The notes beneath the pieces were generated by a model. It saw only the letters and a program-made list of their open reading frames with translations, did no database searches and was not told where the DNA came from. Positions 27,339 to 43,166 of a stretch of DNA of 64,000 nt are shown in pieces (the first letter of the stretch is position 1; every line of letters begins with the position of its first letter). The position numbers and the translations under genes were made by a program. This DNA is from an uncultured Polyangiaceae bacterium (GTDB lineage: Bacteria; Myxococcota_A; Polyangia; Polyangiales; Polyangiaceae). Location of the stretch: positions 484 to 64,483 of the forward strand of contig CAZSVU010000005.1 of NCBI GenBank assembly GCA_964610275.1. Direction: 5' to 3'.

Positions 27339-28169
27339 ATGGAGCCGGATGTGACTAACTCCCTCAGCGTGGCAGACGAGGAGACGAGTCGCGCGCAGTG
27401 GTGGGGGGACTTCGAGATCCCCGTGGGGTCTGCCGGCCGGTGGCGGGTGGGTCCGCTGATCCTCACCATTGCGCATCTACGCAGCGAGTGGCGCGTGTGT
27501 CGTGACAGCTCCGACGATCCAGCAGACCGGTCGCGAGCGGTCGAAATCCCGGTCGAGTTCTCCCGGGAGAGTAGCTGCGGGTTGCTCACGCGCTATGCGG
27601 CATCACCGGATGCCGATTCGATCTGCGTCACCCCGATCCTCGCGGACCGTTCGGTGGCCGCTCGACCCGAGCCGCCACTCACCGTTCCGGCACGCGGTGA
27701 AGTCGCCATCTACGTCGGCTCTCCGCTCTGGCTGCGTCTCAGCGAGAACGGCACCACGCCGCTCGAAGATTTGCCTGCCATCCGCCCCAACCTGACCTGG
27801 TGGGGCCCGAGCACCATCGAGGGTGAGCTCTGCTACGCGTCACACACGGCCGGGCGGATCCGACGTGAGGAAATGATCAGCTACCCGCATCGCGTGGTCA
27901 CGCAGGTGCGGATCGTCAACCGGGCGGACAGCTCGCTCGTGTTGGAGCGCCTCAATCTACCGGTGCGCCGGCTCGGGTTGTTCGCGACCGGGGAGGGAGT
28001 GCTCTGGACCGAGGCGGTGGTGTTGGAGCGCGGTCAGAAGCAGGACTACGCCGAGCTGAGCCTCACCGAAGGACCGCCAGATGTGGCCGGTGGCGCCGAG
28101 CGCGTGAGCGAGCCGCGTGACCGTGAAGGCACCGACCTCTTCCGGGCATTTGGCTCTCTGTTCAAGTAG
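27339..28169 (+). CDS. Conserved-looking protein of unknown function (no domain recognised)
   Basis: About 277 aa, soluble and beta-rich (…WWGDFEIPVGSAGRWRVGPLILTIAHLRSEWRVCR…, …HRVVTQVRIVNRADSSLVLERLNLPVRRLGLF…). The track starts it at TTG 27333; ATG 27339 is more likely. It lies 20-26 nt after the upstream gene and ends 3 nt before the next. Confidence 0.6.
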   Translation: MEPDVTNSLSVADEETSRAQWWGDFEIPVGSAGRWRVGPLILTIAHLRSEWRVCRDSSDDPADRSRAVEIPVEFSRESSCGLLTRYAASPDADSICVTPILADRSVAARPEPPLTVPARGEVAIYVGSPLWLRLSENGTTPLEDLPAIRPNLTWWGPSTIEGELCYASHTAGRIRREEMISYPHRVVTQVRIVNRADSSLVLERLNLPVRRLGLFATGEGVLWTEAVVLERGQKQDYAELSLTEGPPDVAGGAERVSEPRDREGTDLFRAFGSLFK

Positions 28170-28172
28170 GAG

Positions 28173-28991
28173 ATGAACATGTTGGACCGCGCCTGGGTTC
28201 GGATAGCCGGCTTCTTCACGGATGATCGCATCGAAATGGCGATCCGCGCGGCATTCATTCTCCTCGTCGGCCTGCTGGTGGCCCGACTGCTGTCCCGGCT
28301 GCTCGCGACCCTGGCGAAGAAGAGCTGGAACGCAGAACAGGCCGAGCTCGTGCGGCGCCTGGTCTTCTACGGCGCGTCGGTGGTCGTCGTGGCGTGGTGC
28401 GTGCAGCAGCTGGGCTTCGATTTGACCGTCGTGTTGGGCGCCGCGGGGATCGCTTCCGTGGCCCTGGGGTTTGCCTCCCAGACCTCTCTGTCGAACGTCA
28501 TCAGCGGCTTCCTGCTTTTCGGCGAGCGACCGTTCAAGGTTGGAGACCTCATCGAGGTGTCGGGTCAGACGGGTGAGGTCCTGGCGGTCAACCTCATCTC
28601 GACCACGCTGCGTACCTTCAACAACCGGTTCGTCCGCATTCCGAACGAGGTGATGATCAAGAGCACGGTGGTGAACCTTACCCGGTTCCCCATCCGGCGG
28701 CTGGATCTGTCCATCCCCATCGCGCACGCGGAAGATCTGGATCGAGTCAAGCAGGCACTGCTCGAGGCCGCCGAGCTCAATGCCCTGTGCTTGGAACAAC
28801 CTGCACCGCTCTTCTACATCACCGAATACGCCGACTCGCACGTCTTGGCTCAGTACTCGGTCTGGTGCGAGACTGGAAAGTGGCTCGGATTTCTCGAATC
28901 CATGACCACCGACGTCAAACGGGTGCTCGACCGGCACGAGATTCGGTTCCCGTACCCGCACCGCGTGGTGGTGACTGCTCCCGGCGGGTGA
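28173..28991 (+). CDS. MscS-family mechanosensitive channel, paralogue 3 of operon
   Basis: ...VVLGAAGIASVALGFASQTSLSNVISGFLLFGERPFKVGDLIEVSGQTGEVLAVNLISTTLRTFNNRFVRIPNEVM... An AGGAG overlaps the upstream stop. ATG 28179 has better SD spacing than ATG 28173. Confidence 0.88.
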   Translation: MNMLDRAWVRIAGFFTDDRIEMAIRAAFILLVGLLVARLLSRLLATLAKKSWNAEQAELVRRLVFYGASVVVVAWCVQQLGFDLTVVLGAAGIASVALGFASQTSLSNVISGFLLFGERPFKVGDLIEVSGQTGEVLAVNLISTTLRTFNNRFVRIPNEVMIKSTVVNLTRFPIRRLDLSIPIAHAEDLDRVKQALLEAAELNALCLEQPAPLFYITEYADSHVLAQYSVWCETGKWLGFLESMTTDVKRVLDRHEIRFPYPHRVVVTAPGG

Positions 28992-29102
28992 TCCGTAGCG
29001 CCGCGGCGGGGTTGAAGTCAGCGAAGACCTCGAGCGCGTTGCACCTGCGGTGACAGGGCGATGTAATGCGCCCCGGGCCAGCCCAGACACCTCGCGCCCG
29101 CT

Positions 29103-29146
29103 CGTGAGGAGAGGTCGGACTTCCGAGGCGCCACGCTCTCCTCACG
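29103..29146. terminator. Perfect 11-bp inverted repeat (CGTGAGGAGAG ... CTCTCCTCACG) with 22-nt loop, about 110 nt after the MscS operon
   Basis: Read directly from the sequence: 29103..29113 pairs with 29136..29146. No U-tract follows, so a terminator role is only a guess. Confidence 0.3.
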
Positions 29147-30016
29147 GGTATGGCGCGAGTCTGCCGAGTCTGGGTCGGGGTATCCGGAGTCGTGCGGGAC
29201 GATCGCCAGCGCCGTCCCCGGCAGAGTTTGGTTGGAACCCCGGCGTTTGGGGGCAAGTGATGAGGACTCGTCGCCCCGCCGGACCGGATTCGAGTTCGTG
29301 CCAGACTGACTCGCAACGCTCTGCCAAGCGTGGGCGTAGTGCTTGCTTGGGAGTCACCCGGTTGAGGGGGTGGATGGGTCGCGTGCGGCGGGAGACCGGC
29401 GGCAACGCGGCGACGTCCGGATCTACCGCAACTTCCATGGGCATGACGGCCGTTTCCGTTGCTCGGGCGTGGTGGGGAGCTGGCGAACTCGTGAATGCCA
29501 GGCGATGGTTCTGGATGTGCACCGCCATTCCGACCAGCAGCACGCCGCCAGAAACGGACGCAATGGCGAGGACTGCTTTGGCGGTGGCGAGGCTGGATGC
29601 ACCGATCATGGTCACCTTCGAGATCGGTCCGTGCACGATTCGAGCCACGGGCGGCTGCGCGCTCCGAGCCCAGCGTGTGCGGCGAGCGCCGCCAATGGCG
29701 GTGGCCCATTCTGTCCTACCCTGACCCGAAACGCATCGGTCGCAGTCGCCGTGTCGTGGGGTCAAGCAAACCGAAACCGCTGCGGTGAGACGTTCCGACA
29801 CGTATTCTAACTGTGCATCGGACACCGGTCGCAGCCGGCTGCACGCGCACGCGCCAGGGCCGTGCCCCGGGATCGTTCAGCTGAGAATGCTGGCTGGCCT
29901 CGTACGGCAGCCGACACAGTCCCACGAATGGGGTGCTCGCGGCGCCATGATCGCCTCTGCCAGCCACTCCCTCCCTACGCCGGGCGACGTGTGCCCTGGA
30001 CCGCTCTGCAGGGGCT

Positions 30017-30031
30017 TGGCATGCCAATTGC
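30017..30031 (+). promoter_or_regulatory. Candidate sigma-54 (-24/-12) promoter upstream of the giant repeat gene
   Basis: TGGCATGCCAATTGC compared with the consensus TGGCAC-N5-TTGC. GG (30018-19) and GC (30030-31) have the canonical 12-nt register. The element ends 49 nt upstream of ATG 30080. Confidence 0.5.
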
Positions 30032-30079
30032 GGTACCCCCTGTGTTTGCCGTTCGGCTTTCACCCCGGAAGCTACCTCA

Positions 30080-38485
<8,406 letters not shown>

Positions 38486-38620
38486 CTGCCTGGGTTCCTG
38501 TTCATCCCAAGATCCCTGCTGGGTCGGCGGCTGGCGGCTGACGAAACAGGGATCCTGGATGGCTCGCTCTGCGCAGGCGTTGCTGGCAGGGCGGCCGTGG
38601 GGTAAGGGAGGCCTTCGAGC

Positions 38621-40750
38621 ATGCCTTCCCTCTTCCCGCCTCCGATGCAGATCTGGCCCGGCGACCCCTATCCCCTGGGTGCCACCTATGACGGCAGCGG
38701 CACGAATTTCTCCGTGTTCTCCGAGGTGGCCGAGCGGGTCGAGCTCTGCTTGTTCGACGAGCGTGGCGTGGAGACTCGACTCGACCTACCGGAGGTCAGT
38801 GGCTACGTCTGGCACGGCTACGTCCCGCACGTGCGCCCGGGAACCCGGTACGGCTTGCGAGTGCACGGCCCCTACGATCCGCGTCAGGGGCACCGCTGCA
38901 ATCCCCACAAGCTGCTTCTGGATCCGTACGCCAAAGCCGTGCAGGGCGGTGTGACCTGGCACGGTTCGGTAGTTGGGTACGCCGACGGCAACCCAGACGG
39001 TTCCCCCGACGCGCGCGACAGCGCTCCCTACGTGCCCCGCTGCGTGGTGACCAACCCCTACTTTCACTGGGGCAACGACCGACATCCCTGCACTCCGTGG
39101 CACGAGACCATCATTTACGAGCTGCACGTCAAGGGCTTCACTGCCCTGCATCCGGAAGTGCCGCCCGAGCTCCGCGGAACCTATGCCGGTCTCGCCCACC
39201 CGGCAGTCGTCGACTATCTCGTGGATCTCGGGGTGACGGCCGTCGAGCTCATGCCGGTCCACCAATTCATCCACGATGGGATGCTTCTGGATAAGGGGCT
39301 ACGCAACTACTGGGGGTACAACTCCATCTGCTACCTGGCCCCGCACAACGAGTACGCTAGCGTCGGAGATGGCGGCGATCAGGTTCAGGAGTTCCGGCAG
39401 ATGGTGCGCATTCTGCACGAGGCCGGACTGGAGGTGATCCTGGACGTGGTCTACAACCACACCGGCGAAGGCAATCGCTTCGGCCCCACACTGGCGTACC
39501 GCGGGCTGGACAACCGCTCCTACTACCGGCTGCGCGCCCCCGAGTGGAACCGCTACGTCGACTACACCGGAACCGGCAACAGCTTGTACGTGCGTCATCC
39601 ACACGTCTTGCAGTTGATCATGGACTCGCTCCGCTACTGGGTGCTGGAGATGCACGTGGACGGGTTCCGCTTTGACCTGGCAGCGGCGTTGGCGCGTGAG
39701 TTCTACGAGGTCGATCGCCTTTCCGCCTTCCTCGACCTGATTCAGCAGGATCCCGTGATCAGCCAGGTGAAGCTGATCGCGGAGCCCTGGGACGTGGGCG
39801 AGCGCGGCTACCACGTCGGCAACTTTCCGCCACTTTGGTCGGAGTGGAACGGCAAGTACCGCGACACGGTGCGGGACTACTGGCGTGGCCAGGACCGAAC
39901 CCTGGGGGAGTTCGCCTATCGCCTGACGGGCAGCTCGGACCTGTACGCGTCCACCGGGCGCAAGCCCTTCGCCAGCGTCAACTTCGTCACCTGCCACGAC
40001 GGCTTCACGCTCAAGGATCTGGTCAGCTACAACCAGAAGCACAACGAGGCCAACGGTGAGGGCAACCGCGACGGTGAATCACACAATCGGTCGTGGAATT
40101 GCGGTGTGGAGGGCGAGACCCCCGACCCGAAGGTTCGGAAGCTTCGCGCTCGCCAGCAGCGGAACTTCCTGACCACGCTGCTCTTGTCCCAGGGCGTCCC
40201 GATGCTTCTGGCTGGCGACGAGCTCGGGCATTCCCAGCGCGGAAACAACAACGCCTACTGTCAGGACAACGAGGTGTCCTGGATCGAGCGGGAAAACGCG
40301 GACGAGGAGCTGCTCGAATTCACCCGGGGGTTGATTGCGCTGCGGCGCCGCCACCCGGTGTTTCGGCGCCGTCGGTGGTTCCAGGGCCGTTCGATCCGTG
40401 GCGAAGGGGCGACCGACATCAGCTGGTTCAAGCCGGACGGCACTGAGATGTCCGAGCAGGATTGGCAGGCCACGTACGCGAAGGCACTCGGCGTCTTGCT
40501 CAATGGCGCGGCCATCGCCACTCCGGACCGCCGCGGGCGAAGGGTGCTGGACGACCATTTCCTGGTGCTGTTCAATGCCGGCGCCGACCCGGTGCGCTTC
40601 CGGATCCCCGAGGGGATCCGGAAGCTACAGTGGGCCGAGTTGCTCGACACTGCCAGCGGACGGCTAGACCGGCGCGACCCCCCCACCGAGCACGACCCGG
40701 TAACCGTGGCCTCGCGCTCGGTGCGGGTTCTGCGCGCAGTGCGTCCTTGA
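38621..40750 (+). CDS. glgX: Glycogen debranching enzyme GlgX (GH13 isoamylase type)
   Basis: N-terminus PYPLGATYDGSGTNFSVFSEVAERVELCLF. GH13 motifs: DVVYNHT, GFRFDLAAAL, AEPWD, FVTCHDGFTL. Confidence 0.92.
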   Translation: MPSLFPPPMQIWPGDPYPLGATYDGSGTNFSVFSEVAERVELCLFDERGVETRLDLPEVSGYVWHGYVPHVRPGTRYGLRVHGPYDPRQGHRCNPHKLLLDPYAKAVQGGVTWHGSVVGYADGNPDGSPDARDSAPYVPRCVVTNPYFHWGNDRHPCTPWHETIIYELHVKGFTALHPEVPPELRGTYAGLAHPAVVDYLVDLGVTAVELMPVHQFIHDGMLLDKGLRNYWGYNSICYLAPHNEYASVGDGGDQVQEFRQMVRILHEAGLEVILDVVYNHTGEGNRFGPTLAYRGLDNRSYYRLRAPEWNRYVDYTGTGNSLYVRHPHVLQLIMDSLRYWVLEMHVDGFRFDLAAALAREFYEVDRLSAFLDLIQQDPVISQVKLIAEPWDVGERGYHVGNFPPLWSEWNGKYRDTVRDYWRGQDRTLGEFAYRLTGSSDLYASTGRKPFASVNFVTCHDGFTLKDLVSYNQKHNEANGEGNRDGESHNRSWNCGVEGETPDPKVRKLRARQQRNFLTTLLLSQGVPMLLAGDELGHSQRGNNNAYCQDNEVSWIERENADEELLEFTRGLIALRRRHPVFRRRRWFQGRSIRGEGATDISWFKPDGTEMSEQDWQATYAKALGVLLNGAAIATPDRRGRRVLDDHFLVLFNAGADPVRFRIPEGIRKLQWAELLDTASGRLDRRDPPTEHDPVTVASRSVRVLRAVRP

Positions 40751-40764
40751 TTTTGAGCAAAATC
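40749..40764. promoter_or_regulatory. AT-rich perfect palindrome GATTTTG-AG-CAAAATC overlapping the glgX stop codon
   Basis: Read directly from the sequence. It sits in an unusually AT-rich 50-nt island that also contains TATACT (40791..40796), 22 nt before the ATG of the NtrC-like gene. I found no convincing -35 element. Confidence 0.25.
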
Positions 40765-40817
40765 GGACTCGGGCTGGGCGAAATTCGCCCTATACTGCCG
40801 GCCGCACCGGAGACGCG

Positions 40818-42182
40818 ATGCCACGACACGTCCTCATCGTCGACGACGACCCCTCCACCTGTAGCCTCGTCCAGCTCGGCCTCAGGCCCGAGGGGTTCGA
40901 GGTGAGCTCGGCCACGAGCGGCGAGAAGGCGCTGCAGATGCTGGACAGCGAGGACATCGACGTCGTGCTGACCGACTTGAACATGGGGGGCATGAGCGGG
41001 CTGCAGCTGTGTCAGGAGATCGCACAACGGCACGCCAACGTACCGGTGGTCGTGGTGACGGCGTTCGGCAGCATGGAGACTGCCATCGCCGCCATTCGCG
41101 CGGGAGCCTACGATTTCGTCACCAAGCCCTTCGAAATGGAGGCCCTCGGGCTGGCGGTCGAACGCGCACTGCGATTCCGCGAGCTTCGCGCCGAAGTTCG
41201 GCGGCTGCAGGCCGCAGTTGGCGAAGGAGAGTGGAGTGACGACCTGATCGGCACCAGCCCGGCCATGACCGAGCTGCGGGCTCTGCTCGAGCGAGTTGCT
41301 CAGTCCGATGCCACCGTGCTCATCACCGGGGAGAGTGGGACGGGCAAGGAAGTCGTTGCCCGTGCCCTGCACCGGCATGGGCGGCCCCATCCTGGGTCGT
41401 TCGTGGCCGTGAACTGTGCGGCCATGCCCGAGCCCTTGTTGGAGAGTGAGCTATTTGGACATGTGCGTGGCGCCTTCACTGACGCGAAGACCGCTCGCTC
41501 CGGACTCATGGTGCAGGCGGACGGAGGCACCCTGCTCTTGGACGAGATCGGCGAGATGCCCCTGGGGCTGCAGCCCAAGCTGCTGCGAGCGCTCGAGGAA
41601 CGCCGCGTGCGCCCAGTAGGCGGAACGTCCGAGGTGCCGTTCAACACACGTCTCATTGCGTCCACCAACCGGGACCTCGAGACCGCCATCGAAGAGGGTC
41701 GCTTCCGCGAGGACCTCTACTATCGTATCAACGTCCTGAACGTCCCACTCCCACCGCTCAGGTCGCGCGGCGGTGACGTGCTGCTCTTGGCACAACACTT
41801 CATCGACCACTTCGCTCGACAAGCGAAGAAGGACGTCAAGGGCATGGCGAGCGGCACCGCTGACAAGCTCATGAACTACCCCTGGCCCGGGAACATACGC
41901 GAGCTCAAGAATTGCATGGAGCGCGCGGTGGCGTTGACCCGCTACGACAACATCACTCCCGACGACCTCCCCGAGAAGATACGCGGGTACCGCAGCCAGC
42001 ACGTGGTCGTGGCCGGGGACGATCTAGAGGAGCTGGTTCCGCTGGAAGAGGTCGAGCGACGCTACATCCTGCGGGTGTTGGAAGCAGCCGGTGGCAACAA
42101 GTCCCTGGCTGCTCAGACGCTGGGTCTCAACCGCAAGACCCTGTATCGCAAGCTGTCTCAGTACGGCGTGAGCGACAAGTAG
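40818..42182 (+). CDS. Sigma-54-dependent response regulator (NtrC family enhancer-binding protein)
   Basis: REC (VLIVDDDPST, VVLTDLNMGGMSG, VVVTAFG, FVTKP). AAA+ sigma-54 interaction domain (GESGTGKEVVARALH, ESELFGHVRGAFTDA). Fis-type HTH (AAQTLGLNRKTLYRKL). Confidence 0.93.
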   Translation: MPRHVLIVDDDPSTCSLVQLGLRPEGFEVSSATSGEKALQMLDSEDIDVVLTDLNMGGMSGLQLCQEIAQRHANVPVVVVTAFGSMETAIAAIRAGAYDFVTKPFEMEALGLAVERALRFRELRAEVRRLQAAVGEGEWSDDLIGTSPAMTELRALLERVAQSDATVLITGESGTGKEVVARALHRHGRPHPGSFVAVNCAAMPEPLLESELFGHVRGAFTDAKTARSGLMVQADGGTLLLDEIGEMPLGLQPKLLRALEERRVRPVGGTSEVPFNTRLIASTNRDLETAIEEGRFREDLYYRINVLNVPLPPLRSRGGDVLLLAQHFIDHFARQAKKDVKGMASGTADKLMNYPWPGNIRELKNCMERAVALTRYDNITPDDLPEKIRGYRSQHVVVAGDDLEELVPLEEVERRYILRVLEAAGGNKSLAAQTLGLNRKTLYRKLSQYGVSDK

Positions 42183-42214
42183 CGCGGCGCCGACTGCAGC
42201 CGTACGAGGGGAGC

Positions 42215-42255
42215 GGCAGCGGGTGCGCATCCCTTCGGGCTACGCACCCGCTGCC
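42215..42255. terminator. Hairpin between convergent genes (13-bp perfect stem)
   Basis: GGCAGCGGGTGCG (42215..42227) pairs with CGCACCCGCTGCC (42243..42255) around a 15-nt loop. It lies between the stops at 42182 (+) and 42329 (-). Confidence 0.5.
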
Positions 42256-42328
42256 TGGTCTTGGTTGGGAGGAGACGAGACTACTTTGGGATAGGCTACC
42301 TCGGGATAGGAGTGCTGGGATCGGGGGT

Positions 42329-42847
42329 TCAGTAGGCGAGCTGTAGTTCGACGCGACGGTCCTTGGCCCACCCGGCTTCATTCTTGCCGGTGGCTTCCAT
42401 TTCCCCGCGTGAGCTGGTGGAGACCTGTTCGCGCTTGAGGTTGCGCGCGATCAGCTCTCTGGCCACGGCGTCGGATCGACGGCCGCCCAGCGCGACATTG
42501 TACTCTTCGTCGCCGCGCGGATCGGCGTGGCCCACCAAGACCATTTCACGGCCAGACAGCGGACCCGTGACGAAACAGTCGACGATCTTCTTGAGCGCCT
42601 GGTCCTCGGTTGCGCGAATTCGGGCCGAGTCGAAATCGAAGTACGCCTCGGTGTCAGATAGGTTGCACGCCTGCCGGATCTCGTCGGAGACCTGGATACT
42701 GGTTGGCGGCATCGTCTGCTTGGCGGGCTTGGCTTCCGGTTGCTGGGTGTTACCGGCCGGGGCCACGGGCGGTGGGGTTTCCGGGCTGGCACAGCTGGCC
42801 AGCGCGAATGTGGTGGCGAGCCCAACAGCGAGAATGCGGAGTGACAT
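42329..42847 (-). CDS. OmpA-family peptidoglycan-binding lipoprotein (Pal-like)
   Basis: Start ATG 42847 (MSLRILAVGLATTFALASC, a lipobox) with GAGGGAG upstream. OmpA_C motifs: ...FDFDSARIR...LVGHADPRGDEEYNVALGGRRSDAV...NRRVELQL-like ending DRRVELQLAY. Confidence 0.85.
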   Translation of the reverse strand: MSLRILAVGLATTFALASCASPETPPPVAPAGNTQQPEAKPAKQTMPPTSIQVSDEIRQACNLSDTEAYFDFDSARIRATEDQALKKIVDCFVTGPLSGREMVLVGHADPRGDEEYNVALGGRRSDAVARELIARNLKREQVSTSSRGEMEATGKNEAGWAKDRRVELQLAY

Positions 42848-43166
42848 GACCGTGCTTGCTCCCTCGAATGGCGGCAACTGCACCGGGCGTGGACGTGCGC
42901 AGTGGCTAGCAGTCCCCGTTCACCGGGAGGCTGTCGTGTGGAATGAGACGGGGTGCTATCAAGGAGCATGCCAGGGGCTTCGAGCGTTGCGTGCGAAGCC
43001 TCCTCCGCAACTTTCGCCCCACGGGCGAAACGCAGGGGGGGCGGTGGCCGTGCGGCGAGTCCACTTTTGGGACAGCGCGGGTCAGAACGGGGCAGTGAAG
43101 CCTTCCGAGCGGGGAGGCCGCTGCGGTCAGGCCCGCGACCGTCGGATCGGCACGACCACGCTCGGT

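Noticed and set aside
42958-42973. Minus-strand sigma-54-like TGGCATGCTCCTTGAT upstream of the Pal-like gene
   Set aside because: The invariant -12 GC is replaced by GA. I treat it as a chance match.
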